Positions 12,050-25,146 of a stretch of DNA of 35,313 nucleotides are shown here, piece by piece; position 1 is the stretch's first letter, and each line of letters opens with the position of its first letter. The notes below the pieces were generated by a model. It was not told where the DNA came from, did not search any database, and worked only from the letters and a program-made list of their open reading frames with translations. The DNA comes from Toensbergia leucococca (lineage: Eukaryota), in assembly GCA_022813965.1 (NCBI GenBank), contig JALDZS010000079.1, positions 62,001-97,313 on the forward strand, in the 5' to 3' direction. The position numbers and the translations under genes were made by a program.

Positions 12050-13409
12050 AGTCATTTCCGCGAATATATGAGGCAGCAAGTCACACCACTATAATATTAA
12101 CAAATGCTCCTTCGGGCAATAAACGAAGACTGATAACGACTTCAATCAAAGGCAAAACCCTCCTGCAAAAGTATATGGTCGCCGGAATGTAAAAGAGGAG
12201 AGACGTTCGCCACTTTCGCTTGTACGCTGGCCATAGCTCTTAATCCGTTTTTGTGTACTTGGCCTTCCAGAAAAGTACTACTTCTGAGGATCCATAAATC
12301 AAAAGTACGCACCAGAGGAGCAGAGCGACGGTAAGCCACAAAATAGCTCGGTGTGCGTGGGAAAGTTAAAGTTCCATCCAAAAAGATGGATTGAAGCAAA
12401 TATTGAGACGGGCACTCCTAGAGCAAGGTTTTGGCTCAGAGTTGACGGTCACCAATCGCGATCTATAGGTACGCCTAAAAGTAGCATGTGTAGAGAAAGG
12501 TTAGTATGATGCATCGGACGAGATTGACAACCTCGATGTCATATTCAGCGGAGCTCCAACAACTCAATTGATATACCCTAGGTTTAAAAAAGTCTAGCGG
12601 CATGTATTGAAACGGCTCCTTGGCTGCTTCATCGGCTATGAGAACGATTGTTATGCTGACATCCATAATAAGTATGGTAGGGGAGCCGACATCAAGTGGC
12701 TTACTTAGCCACAACAATAGCGTACTCAGGGAAGCCATAGAACCTGCGAGACTGAAGAGTTTCAAGGGAGTGATCGGAAGATGCTGAATAGCACGGGCTA
12801 TGATTTAGGTTCCTAACCAAGAAGTTTGGAGGATTGTCAGCTTTGCTTTTATCCCAGATCTCTTTTTCGGAGACAGTTCGTGGGCTCAAGTGATTATGAC
12901 GAATTAGACACCTGAGCTGTTTGGCATTGATAGGGAAAGAGTCACTGTGAATGACTTGTATCATGAGCCCATGGCAGACAATGATTTGATAAAAGCAATA
13001 GCATTTTCAAAGACCAGAAGGGCTATCAAAATTTACGTATCAAGACTTGAATTAATATAGCCTCCACTGTCTGCATAAGAGCATGTACCATGTTGACATA
13101 GCCGAGATTGTGCATCTCAATAACAGATCGTTTGGTGGAACTCCACTAGGCGAAGGCGAAGGTCATCAGAAGCTCGTGTGTAGTAATGCCAAGTAGCAAC
13201 CATCTTATCCTTCGCCAGAAGATTGTTTAGCGACTATCTTCAGGTGTGGGAAGATTGAGGTGCAACGTAGTCCATAGACAAATGATGAGGGTAGATACGC
13301 AGCTCCAGATTATATCCAAGATTCCTCGTTGAGCAGATTGATCCACCCGTCCATACCTCGCGGTTATATTGCCAAGAATAGACGCTGTCAAGGCAGTGGC
13401 GTTATCCAT
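12050..13409 (-). pseudogene. Pseudogene of an uncharacterised fungal multi-pass membrane protein family
   Basis: Collinear motifs spread over several frames: RGILDIIWSCVSTLIICLWTTLHLNLP, FWRRIRWLLLGITTHEL, HA/YADSGGY (frameshifted), FPINAKQL..EKEIWDKSKAD, RAIQHLPITPL..WLSKPLDV, IHLFGWNFNFPTHTE, EVVISLRLLPEGAF..W.DLLPHI. In-frame stops at 13229-13227 and 13148-13146. The 3' boundary is approximate. Confidence 0.8.
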
Positions 13410-14599
13410 TGATGTCAGAGATGCGATTTGATTTCTCAGAGCACATGGTAGATATTAGATCGAGAGATCAGTTTCTTTTATTGACTCGTATTGACCGCTG
13501 GAATGACTGAAATCCACGCGCATTGGGGCAACCGGTTAGGTGGCAGGAGATTAGCCCAAGAGGAGATCAATGGAAGCAAAAGCTGATTGAATACATTTTC
13601 CATATAGGAAATTCCTTGGTAGCATATTCCCATGTGCAGCATTATACAGTGAAACGATAGAAAGCCTCATATCAGCAATATCATAGCCTCGGGTCTCTCA
13701 GAGGCTATTCATGAACGGTAGAAATACCGAAAAGAGGGTGAGAAAGCATCTTATGATACCTTCTTGGTTGCTATTGCAAGGAAAGAGCTTCGGGCATGCT
13801 TCAACGAGCTGTGTCATCTAGTAGATACTACCAATTCTTTCGTAAAAGCCGCTGTGGATGCGGATACAGACTTGGCAAATACAAAGCCTGAGTCACACTT
13901 GATGCAATTGTTCGTGGAGCTGAACCGCCCAACGTGATCAGGTTTCAAAAGCAGGGACTCGAAGACAAATGGAACCATATTGTGACTGTGAAACACTGTC
14001 TAGCTTGAGGTTAGATGGATGTAGGACGGTCCGTTGCGGGTTTAATTTGAAGGGCGGTTACGCAAGCGTTGCACAATGTGTCGGAAAGCGCGCTAAATGC
14101 GGCAGCGTCAATGGCTCAATCTATTTACTTAATTTGATTACTCGTATTTATCCAGAGTTCCCACCTGCATTCCCTCTCGCCCCTCCACGGCTCCTTCATG
14201 TCATTGCTTGCGCCATTTTCATCATGTCTAGACACTCACATCGACTGAGCAGGATCCTCTTCATTCTTTGGTTCTTGCTCCTTTCGGTCACATGCCCGCA
14301 TATTAGAAAGGGTTTTACCAAAGATTCGGTCGTCTGGCATTTCCTAGCTCCTATCCGTACTTACGTCACCTACGTGACTGTTCGACGGCGTAGAGTGCTT
14401 AGGTCTGTAGTCACGACGTTGACTTAAACTGATTCTCTATGCCTGTTAGCAACATGTCATATTCTTGTACTACAGAATTATTCACTACACATTTTGATAC
14501 TCTGGCCAATGCATCGTCTCCTTGTATGACCTACCTCGTCTTCGTCAATCCGATGTCTTTTACTTCCTAGGTATCGAGGCCTCGTTCCCTTCCTGTGTT

Positions 14600-15707
14600 G
14601 TACACTTTTGTTGATGACATCCATCTAAACGCGCTGCTGATACCAGCGTCATTTTGGTCGAAGTCATTATGAACAAGCCCAATTCCAAGAGGCCTATTAA
14701 CGAAATCTCACGCATGAATTACCTCCACCACGAGTATCGTAAAGCCGGCAAAAGTTCTGATGATGATATGTTATACACTTTGGGCCTCTTTACACTCGAG
14801 GCACCAAGGTGGACAAGTAGGTATGAATGGCGATCACTGACAGACTTGGAGCTCTGCGCAATCGGCACATTTTGAAAAGATCTAAGCGAGGCTATGGAGA
14901 TTCGAGATAAGCCATTGGAATCGAGCTTCCATATTTGGCAAGATGGCTTGCAGTGGCTCAATACGTAGGAAAAATAGAGCCTGAGCTATCCGTATGGAAG
15001 GCGAACATAGCGCCTTGCGAATTTAATAGGCAACTAGCAGTCAGAACCATGGACCTATTGCTGTGGAACGTTCCACGACGTTCCACGCAGGTGGAGAGGA
15101 GTTGTTGAAACCCTTATCATTGCTCTTCTGGAACCACGGCTACGTGCTGCGATGCTGTGAGTTAATCTGATCTTCCTTCGTTCGAATATATCTCATCCTG
15201 CAACCGAGTCTCTTCACCCGGATCACTTTGAGCTACCATTCTCAATATCGTTTCCAGCCCCTGTTATCTCAGAAGGAAGCGCAAATTTTATCGCTACAGA
15301 CTTCCTGAACCGGCCCTCAAGCATTATAACGTTGTCAGCATACTCGTCACCCTTCGAAAGGTCTTCCTTCGCCACCTTGCCCTCCCCCGACCATCGTTCA
15401 TGCGCAAGCAGTATATTCCTAACGCACCTAATCCACATACAGGCCTCTTTAATCCCCGCCGCTATCGGGCTCATCCGTGGTACCTCAAGCCAACGATGTC
15501 GAGGAGATGGTGCCTCAAGGCATGGTGGATATGGATGCTTGGCGGTGCCTTGCCCGGAGACGACGGATACAGATGTTGCCCTCAGGGTTTACTACAGATG
15601 TAGGGCCCGATGAAGAAAAAGGTAGGGGAGAGTAGCAAATGAGTGGGACGCGATCACGGCTGATGCAAATGAATCGAGGAGGATGTCCGTTTGCGGTATT
15701 ACCATAA
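14600..15707 (+). pseudogene. Pseudogene of an ER-bound oxygenase of the MpaB/MpaB' (DUF2236-like) family
   Basis: ADTSVILVE..ISRMNYLHHEYRKAGKSSDDDMLYTLGLFTLEAPRWTSRYEWRSLTDLELCAIGTF*KDLSEAMEI, WQDGLQWL, HPWYLKPT..GGALPGDDG, terminal RGGCPF. Stops at 14873, 14966 and 14975; 10-bp tandem duplication at 15068-15087. The 5' end could not be resolved. Confidence 0.82.
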
Positions 15708-16220
15708 GCGACCATCGAAGGGTCTGGGGCAAAAGCTATTTAAACCAATTGGCCTACATATCCAAGATGTTCATGTTCAACAGCTTAAGAACAGGTCCGT
15801 GGCAGCAGATAATATCTTTCAATAGCTCGCTCACCATTAGAGACGATGAATCCTATCTGATTTTGTTCAAATCCCTGTTTGCTCACTTCCTTCGAACAAC
15901 TGTCATCAATCTCATGAAACACCAAAATCCTACCAAGCGCGGCCTAATGCCAAGACTATAGTCGATTTTCTAGCAGCGAGAAGCTTGGCAAGCTTGGCTC
16001 TCACAAAGTGAAGCTGTACAAAAAAAAATAAGCAACGAGTCGTGGAAGGTCAAAAGGCGCGCTTTCTGACGAGACTAAGCGAAGAGACCATGGGGACACT
16101 ATCCGGCTTCAAGAACAAGAGGAACAGGAACAGAAGGAAACCATGGAGTCACTGTCAAACATCGTCAATCTACTCCAACGAAGCAATGTTTTCCTTGCCT
16201 ACCCCATCAAACATCATGCA

Positions 16221-18842
16221 TCATATGTCCCTCTCTGCAAAGCTCTGGATCATGCCCTCCAAGGTTGGCGCATACTCCTTCAGCGCTACTTTGCCGTCCT
16301 TCTCAAATGTGTTCGCTTGAACGTAAATTTTCCTCGCAGACCTCCTTCTTATGACTTCGTCCCGGACCAATGTGCCCCACCATTCGTCCACATGAGTCAT
16401 TTGGTCGTACAATTTCTTCCCTGCCTCCAGATCGGCCGTACATTTGAAGACGTGTAGCTTCTGCAGATAATTCTCGACGGCAGGTCGGCCGTGACTGAGG
16501 ATCTTGTGCTTGTCGAGCTTGATCGTGAGATCGGAAAGGTCTTCCTTGGAGTAATCGAGCTTGGCGAAGCCATCTCCTGCGTCCAAAAATGTGCGCAGAA
16601 TGCTGTAACGCGCTTGCATATGCGCCTGTCCCCACTTCTTACTTTTCGGATCCCAGAATTCTAGAGCTACGATTCCTGCCCTGGCCATAGAGAGGTATGA
16701 AGCATACAAAACTTCTCCGGCCTTGGAGTCCATATCAACGGTGCCGTCCCCGAATCCAAAGATCTTGAGGATTTCAAAGTCGCAGCTCAGCGCCATGGCT
16801 ACGCATTCGGCCCTGCACTCCTCGTAGGACGAAGAGATTGCACCGAACACGCCACTCCACGTCTGGGAGAATTTGTACCATGTTGTGCATGGTTTGGAGG
16901 TCACCGGGCTGATTGGTGGGCTCCCAACATCAAAGTTGAATACGCCGGGTGCGGTCTCTTGAAGTAGCTTCCCTGTACCGTGGCCGAGGAGTTCATGAAT
17001 ACCGACTTGTACTTCAAAAGCTTCGTCACGATTGCTTTGGTAGAGAGACAAGTCATCTGGACGGATAAAGGGTATGGGCTCATTGGGCGCTTTGGCACTC
17101 AGAACATTCCCTAAACATACATTCTTAAAGCCCACCTCTTGTCGAACGTCTTCGTAGTTTGGGATGTTGATCCCGGCTGGAATCCTAGACAGATTTCAGT
17201 TTTTTCGACTCTCGATACAGCTCTGTGGGTATATGTTGCATACCCTGAACCAGCAAAGGACAATACCTCCAAAGAAGTGAAATCTGGGGCGATGAACTTG
17301 TCTTTTTCAAATTCATGAGACCACGGAAGCTGGAATAGCCGAAATGAGTATTGCTACTGAACTTTTGGAAAGTTTTTCATTCAAAGTTGTAGACTGACCT
17401 TGACCACCATACTAGGAGCGGCTTCGACTAGTCTGGTGAACTGGTAATCTGTCAACACTGATACCTGCACGTATATGGTCCTACTAACAGCTCTAGTTCG
17501 TTCTTTATTGACAATGGCAGCTGGAAAAATCAATTAACATTCTTCTCGAATATATGTCATTGTGCATCCTACCCATGCCTTCCCACTCAGCCCGAACACC
17601 AGCTGGATCTCGGTACGACTCAATGAAGCCAATATTTGACTCCACCAATGGAGATGTGTCCTTAACCCACAATTTCTGACTCTCCTTGAACGCCATCAAA
17701 GACCCAGTGCCGAAACTCTTGGCATATGCGTCCATCATTCTTTTCTGTATATCGTTCGCTGCGTACACGGCAGCTTTTTTGATGTGAACGGCAATCTTTG
17801 CCATTTCCTCAATGTGATCGCCAAAAACCAATTCCACTTTTCGACCTTTGAGTTTTCCCTCGAGATTCCATAAGGTATTCTTACCCACATCGATTGTTTC
17901 TGGAGACGGGTTTTGAATGGCAGAGGCAACGAGGACCTTGAAGTTACCATCGTCGAGCTTTCGAAGCCTAGTATTCTCCGGCAGAAGCTTATTCTCGGCA
18001 AGAATCTCCCCTATTAGACTGATCTCTTCCTCGGTGATAAGCGGAGAATCTGGGTAGTAGTTTGATAAGTGGCCACTGTCAGAGAACCCAAGATGCATCA
18101 GACCAGGTTTCTCAACGTCAGAGTATATGCCACTACTAATGGCAACGTCCGCGAGCCGTTTGGCTATTGGAGAGAGTGACATTATTGCTTGGAAGTCATT
18201 GGGGGAACACCTGGGGATGAATTTTGAGTCTCCAAATCCTTTGTAATTTCCAGCATTGGCCAGAAATTGGGCTGCATATTCAAGGAAATTACGTAACGCT
18301 TCTTCGCCGACGCCAGCTTGTCGTTGAAGCTTCACCCAATCACCATCAAACTCTTTATTCAGTGAGATGATCAGGTCATAAATGGCTTCAGATTCTGGGG
18401 AGACTTGGCGAAGGACGATACGTGTGCCTGGCCCTCATTAGCCGAGACCTGGGGATGAGTGCATCAAGATGCACCCACCAAGAAAGGCGGCTCTAGAAAC
18501 AAAAACGTTAGCAGCCAAAGAGTTGTATTCACAAGGTTATCGAGACGTGATTTCCGAGAGAAGTGGAGGGTTGCGTACAACGGGCTTGAAAGCCAGAGAT
18601 ATGCCAAAGTCCTGAAGTTTTGAGACCTCCATAGACCAATTGAAGACCCAAAGAGAGGAAGGAAACAATGATGTTAAAGACAAGATGAATGTTGTCATCA
18701 ATAGAGTGGCAACTCACCGGGAGATGTGGTGAGCGTAAAGTTTTTGCTGATCGGTCAAGGCATCGAAGTGAGGCTTGATAGCGAGATTCACCGCTGTAGG
18801 CGGTGAGTCGGCGTAATACTGCTTCAAGATATCTTGATCCAT
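16221..18842 (-). CDS. DPP3: Dipeptidyl peptidase III (peptidase family M49)
   Basis: Seven exons: 18842-18718 (alternative ATG 18848), 18492-18479, 18427-17573, 17520-17489, 17440-17399, 17329-17244, 17184-16221. Hallmark HELLGH and EECRAE motifs, plus [31 protein letters not shown] and [11 protein letters not shown]. Confidence 0.97.
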
Positions 18843-20096
18843 TTTCATATTGTCCAAGCAAGAGGAATCATCAACTTCCTACGGACAAAGACTCAAATGA
18901 TACGATCAAAGCGATAATTTTGCAGCGTTGAACATCGCATGTGTTGGCCATGCTGACTACTCCGTAAAGTAGAAGTCTCCGCTTGTATTTGAGTTCTCGT
19001 TAATTAAAGTTCTATGTATTCAGCCATCTCTAAATCTGAGCCACTTTTCAAAAATCCATCAGGCATCTTGCTGATAACGTTCGCCGTCCCATCTAGTATG
19101 AAAGTCTTATTTGCTCCCAACACTGTTTCAATACCCGCAATATAGATAGCTGAACCAATTCATACGGAGAAAGGTAACAAGCATATTCAATAGTCACGAG
19201 AACTTTCTTGAATAGTGACAGATTCTGAAGAAGCATCGATGTGGTATTCCGGAGATGTCGCATTGGCCTTTCTATTTCAAATTTCTAGATTGCCATCGCC
19301 GTACTAATGCGTGACGTTGACATCACGCCCCTTTTCTCATCAATCTGGCCGCTAATGCATATTTTTTGGCGGCTCGGTTTCAGATTGTGTCCTTGAAGTG
19401 GTTATTGAGATGAGAGGATCTTCTAGATCCTGCGACTCTTCAGGTGATCTCTCACTGAGATGGCCATGGCAGGCCGTGTGACTTGTCTTCTACTGATGAA
19501 TATATTGCTTCCTAAATGATGAATGTCTTTCCTCGGCATAGGGCAGTAACCTCCCAGTCGTTAGCAAACGTATGAAGTGGCCGAGGACGGTATCTCGAAG
19601 GCATTGGATCCTTTGATCAATGCGAATATGAAGGGCCTAGCTTCGATCCTGGGAATCCGAGTCTTACTAGAATCAGAATATGGCAGTACACCCAGCAGGA
19701 CCACCACCCTTTCCCTGTTGGAACGCAGCACATCAACTATCGTCCTCGCTCATGCTCGACGTTATACACATATCAGGGAGTTGGTCTTCATCAAACTTTA
19801 TCTTCAGCTCTTTCCTTCCCTGTTCCCCTGACAAATCTTGCCGTTTCATCAAGTATTCGATGCAGTCATGTCACAAGATCATGGCCTCGATGCAGCCCCA
19901 AATTTGTAAACACCGACACATAGCCCAAAATCTAAAACTCCTACCGATTTTATTGCGGCTTCAGACATAGAGCAAAAAGTGATGACGCTAAAAGCATAAT
20001 CACATCATTGAAATTGCAAATGGATAGGAATAACAGTCTTGAACGATGGCCATCGTATTGAATGACAAGAAAGATGTATGTTATGGTCAAGCCTTG

Positions 20097-22852
20097 TTAT
20101 GAGCTTAGTGCGAGACATGCATCCACTGCCAATCCAACCCTAGCAGCGAAACGAGTCAGCGAGGCCAACAAAAATATAGTCATGTCTTCTGTGTAGTCCA
20201 CTTACCTGCCCTCTTTCATGCGCACGACATCGTCGATGACATCTCTGTCCAAGTCCGGGAACATACCTGCGAGGGTTCTGAGGGTCTCTTTGTCAGTACG
20301 GTATTAGCTCGATCTCGATGGGGTCGCTAACTCTACAACATCATGGTGCTCAGCAACTTGTATTCGCTGGATCTCTGCTGCTTCTGCACTCGCTTGGCGT
20401 GCAGCAGCGTCTTCTGCATTCAACCTATTTGTATGGCTCTGCTGCTCAGCGTCATGAGCCCCTGGAGATTCATCGAGAGACCTTCTCTGCTCATTGCTAC
20501 TTCTTGGCGGCTGAAAAACCCCCGGGGTCAACTTTTGAGGCATGCCTTGCGACATGCTTGAATCGTGCAGACTTCGGAGATTTCCCAATCGTTGCTGAGA
20601 TATTGAATCTTCCGAAAAAATACGACCTATGGTCGACAATGGTCTCTGTATAGTGCGTAGAAGACTGCTCACGGCAGCCTTCTCATCCGTCACGTCGCTG
20701 CCTGCCGAATGGCTTGATGCGTCTCGAGATGATGTGATTCTTGATGTTTCAATATATTCAGCCTCCCCCGAATTAAGAGGCATGACTTGTGGTTCACTCG
20801 GCCCGGACTTTTCCGATATTTGCCCATGATGTATTGACTCGGGGTCCTCTTCATGTCGTTCAGCGATAACAGACACGGCAGCCTCAACATTCTTCTCAAA
20901 ATCTTCGTCAGAGACAGTCAATGTAGTACGATCAAGATTTTCAATAAATTGGATTGCACCCATCTGTGAGATATTAGCGGCTAACTACCCTCGAAAGGAA
21001 CAACCCATGCGAACATTCTTACCAAAGACGATAAGTAGTAACCTGCTTCCCCGCCAAGTTTGTCTTGATTACGGAATCGAAGTACGTATTGCACGTTCGA
21101 TACTAAGTGGTCTGGATTGGCCCTCAATACCACGTATATAAGAAGAGGCACGAAAGAATCTGCCGAAGTGTCTGCAGATTTTGAATTACGCAGAAGACCT
21201 ACTCGAATGAGCTCTAATCGCTTGTGGGTACAATGTGCTCACCGATAATTACTTTGCAGCAATTGAGGACGCAAATCACTTTGTCCCGAGGGGCTCGATA
21301 AGTTTTGATTTTCAAAATTTCTACTCGAAAGTCAGCGTCGCTCTGGCACGGGCCCGTAAGACCAAGATCACAAACCTTGCTGAGCCAAAGTCAAGAAACG
21401 CTTTCCAGTGTCTCCAACAGGTGGAATGTCAAGGTGCTCCTCTTGAATCCATCCATATATTCGAATCTTTTGGCCTAGAATCTCGTCACGCTCAATATCC
21501 TCTTGATGCTGGCCTCTTCTCCCCGACCCCATTAATTTCTCAACAGTTTTCCTCTTACCTTTAGTCCCAGAAAGGGGCACCAAAGGCGGTATCGCAGGTG
21601 AGAAGGTCTGAGAATACAACCTGTTCATTACTAATTTTTCCATGCCCTCTTTAGCGTTATCAAATTCCGCGTCAGAAGCTCCACGCCATACCTCACATTG
21701 AGCCATTTTATTACTTATGAAAGCGAGGAAGTCGCTGATGATTTTGACTTGCTCATGAACCATCCATTGCTTCTTCCCAAATTCTAGAAGGAAAGAGCGC
21801 AAAAATCCGGCAACTGGATCTGCCGTTCGATGACGCAGCTGCTCGAGAAAACGATGAAAGTCAAAAGGTAAGTCTGGGTCTGGGTCTGGGTCTGGGGGAG
21901 GTGGCTTGTGCATTGCAATGAATGACTTTGGCGATGATGGGTCATTAGGATCAGTATGCAAAGGAATGATAGGCTGTGGAATTTGTATAGAGGGTGCTTC
22001 AGTGTGGCTTCTACCATTTGTTGCCTCCTGCATTTGAGACAAATCGTCCATGAACGATGGTGAGAACGATGTCTTCTCATTTACCTCATGATTGGGCGTG
22101 GAGCTTGTGGGTCCAATTGATTCGAGGCTGGACTTCCTAGGTGGGTGCTTCATAGGATCGCCTAGCAAAGGGCCTTCCAGATTTTTTCTTGTTGGCCTTA
22201 CCCTCTGTTCGCCGAGATTGTCTCTTTGTTGATTAAACTGATCCATGATATTTTGGATCTCGGACTTCAATTCCTCATTCGTTTTATCGCTATGTTTATC
22301 AGGTTCCTCAGCATCAGATTCGGTATCTAGGTTATGTCTGAAGGACGTGACATGAGTTCCATCGTAATCTTTGGCATTGGATGCTTCGAATGAATTAGAT
22401 ACAGGTATGAGTGATGCTCGTGACGGTGACGCCGAAGAACGTGGCGTCATGGGCGTCGGATCCACATTTGTTTGATCTGTGGAGACAGGTTTCAGGGAAG
22501 CAGCAGCATGCTTGGACTGCTCGACCCTGGAGCTGTTGATGTCAAGTCTTTCAAAGTCGCTATGCTCAGAGGATAGGGACATGTCTTCTGTCTTCGGCTT
22601 TGATTCTTCGGTATCTAGCTGCTGATCTTCAGATATGCACCGCTGGGCGGAATCCTGCCTCTGCTCTTCCCAACGGCCATTTTTGTCACTATTCAATCCA
22701 TGGCGTTTCTCAGAGCCGACTTCAATTCCCGCCTCCTTATGTGTACCCTCTATTGTAGCACTATTCGAAATCTTCGATGTCCTATCATTCATATCAACCT
22801 TCTGACGTGTTGAGGCCTCAATGGTAACGGTAGGCCAGTGTATGGAAGACAT
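20097..22852 (-). CDS. VPS9: Rab5/Vps21 guanine-nucleotide exchange factor with VPS9 and C-terminal CUE domains
   Basis: Exons 22852-21376, 21320-21243, 21198-21023, 20963-20332, 20277-20206, 20139-20097. Motifs YRAPRDKVICVLNCCK, SADSFVPLLIYVVLRANP, GEAGYYLSSL and CUE-type TLAGMFPDLDRDVI. The start is uncertain; an upstream exon is possible. Confidence 0.93.
21872..21895. repeat. Hexanucleotide tandem repeat (GTCTGG)x4 encoding PDPDPDPD in VPS9
   Basis: Read directly from the sequence. Confidence 0.85.
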
Positions 22853-23306
22853 GTGTTGGATGGCGGCATTAGGTGTAAATGCTGACTGTCAAAAGCAGTG
22901 AGTCTGAGCAGAGATAAGTGTCAGTGCCTCATGAACAGAGTATGTGAGTGATCCTCATTGAGATTCCCTTCTTCAGGTGCAAAAATTCGAGGACGTTGAT
23001 GGAGCCAAACAGATCGTTACAGCTAGAATTCTTTGAATACAGTAGAGGATTTCAATATTTCATCATACTCAATCCATATTTCGGCGAGATATCCGCGTGT
23101 CTTAACTTCACTGTAAATAAATGGAACGCTCAAGTAAGTGCCTGAGACAAATGAATCGCATCGAAGCTCTTGATACCTGTATTCGAGCTAGGATCTTAAC
23201 GTCGACATCGATTAACAAAAGAGGCCAATCCGTTGCCCACACTTCTAGAACCCCCAAAAGAGCAAGAAGCCTCCTGTTTTTCACATGAGAGACGGTAGGT
23301 CTGGTC

Positions 23307-25146
23307 ATGTGTGGAATATTCTTCAGTTTGGGCTGGCATGACAATATTGCTCCCTGCGCCACAATTCTTGACCAACTCAAACGCAGAGGGCCTGATAGCC
23401 TTGAGTATATACAAAGACGTATGAATATTCCAGCCACTGGAGATGCTAGTGATCACGACAAGCACACTACCTTCGTGACATGCATTTCAACGGTCTTGTC
23501 ACTTCGTGGAGATAAGCTTGTCAAACAGCCACTCGAAGATGATCTATCTGACTCCCTTCTTTGCTGGAATGGAGAGGCCTGGATGATCAACGACGAGAGT
23601 CTACAAGGCAACGATGCAGAACAGATATTCCGCATGCTTCTTGCCGCCACAAGCCAGTGTACGGCAGAAGGAGACCATGAGAGACTTTTACAACCTATGT
23701 GCAATGCCATCAGCAGCATATCTGGACCGTACGCTTTTGTCTTCTACGACGCAAGGAATAGGCGCGTCTTCTACGGCCGAGATGCCTTAGGACGCCGTTC
23801 GCTGTTGATCAAGAGGGACATACATGATGGTTTCCAAATCTCGAGTGTGTCTGATGGGTCCCTTTCTGAAGCCTGGATGGAAGTCGAAGCTGATGGCATA
23901 TACACAATCAATCTCACAGATGACAGGCATGCACAACATTACAAAGCCCGCACTAACAGTGGCAATGAACAGAAACCTTTCGAGATCACACATATTTCTT
24001 GGTCAGCGAGAAATGACATCTCTAGACATTCTTTGTATCTAGTACATATTCTCCCGGCCTCCTAATTTCCTGCCTTAATTGACCAGCAGATAGGCGTCCC
24101 CCTTTCCACGTTTAAACAAACAGATGATAGCCATGCAGACACCTGTGTTGAATCTCGAATCGTTTGCTGTTGCTAGACTTGAAATGGAGCTAAGACACTC
24201 GCTTCTACTTCGAGTTCGACATATTCCTCTCCCACCTACGACAACAAAAGGACCAGCTCGTATAGCCATACTCTTTTCTGGGGGGCTCGACTGCACAGTG
24301 CTAGCACGCCTAATTCACGACCTCCTTCCCTTAAGTTATGAAATCGACCTCCTCAACGCAGCATTTGAGAATCCCCGGGTCGTAAAAGCTGCAGAAAAAT
24401 TCAACCAAATTAACGCTGTTGATTCTGTCCATATGTCACCGTATTCCGTCTGCCCCGACCGCATCACCGGCCTCTCTTCTTGCGCTGAGCTATATCGAGT
24501 CTGTCCTGGGAGAACATGGCGCTTTATCTATGTTGACATAGCTTATGCAGAGACTATGGCTCACCGCCAGCAGGTTATATCTTTGATCTATCCACATAAA
24601 ACAGAGATGGATCTCTCAATAGCCTATGCCTTGTACTTTGCAGCTCGTGGAAGAGGCACGATGAGGGAGGGAAATACAGATATCACAGTCCCTTACGTCA
24701 CTCCATCTCGTGTTCTCCTCTCTGGGTTAGGAGCGGATGAGCTCTTTGCAGGCTACCATCGCCATGCTGCTGCATTCAATCGTGGAGGACATCGAGGCCT
24801 GTCGGACGAGCTTGAGCTCGACTTTGACAGGCTTGGTGAACGCAATCTTGGTCGTGATGATCGAGTCATCTCGCACTGGGGCAGGGAAGTACGATACCCG
24901 TATCTCGATGAAAAAGTAGTGAGCTGGACATTAGAACTACCCATCTGGAGTAAATGTGGATTTGGCCAGAAGGAGATCAATTGCGAGACCCCAGTTTTGG
25001 AACCGGGTAAATCAATACTCCGGCTGCTGGCATGGAAACTAGGAATGAGAGGAGCTGCCGTTGAGAGAAAGAGAGCCATCCAATTTGGCGCACGAACAGC
25101 GAAGATGCAAATTGGCAGTATGACCGGTACTCAGATCCTGTATTGA
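23307..25146 (+). CDS. ASNSD1: Asparagine synthetase domain-containing protein (ASNSD1/YML096W-like)
   Basis: Exons 23307-24041 and 24094-25146. Ntn-type start MCGI, RRGPD, WNGE, GRDALGRRSL, PP-loop LFSGGLDC, SGLGADELFAGY, RNLGRDDR and KRAIQFGARTAKM. Confidence 0.9.

Noticed and set aside
13969..14427. 152-aa + strand ORF upstream of the MpaB-like relic
   Set aside because: No recognisable motif. I could not link it reliably to the pseudogene or support it as a gene.
19309..19328. Imperfect palindrome GCGTGACGTTGACATCACGC upstream of DPP3
   Set aside because: A single short instance, within chance expectation.
19577..19970. Short ORFs between DPP3 and VPS9
   Set aside because: No family motifs or splice support; consistent with chance ORFs in UTR or promoter DNA.
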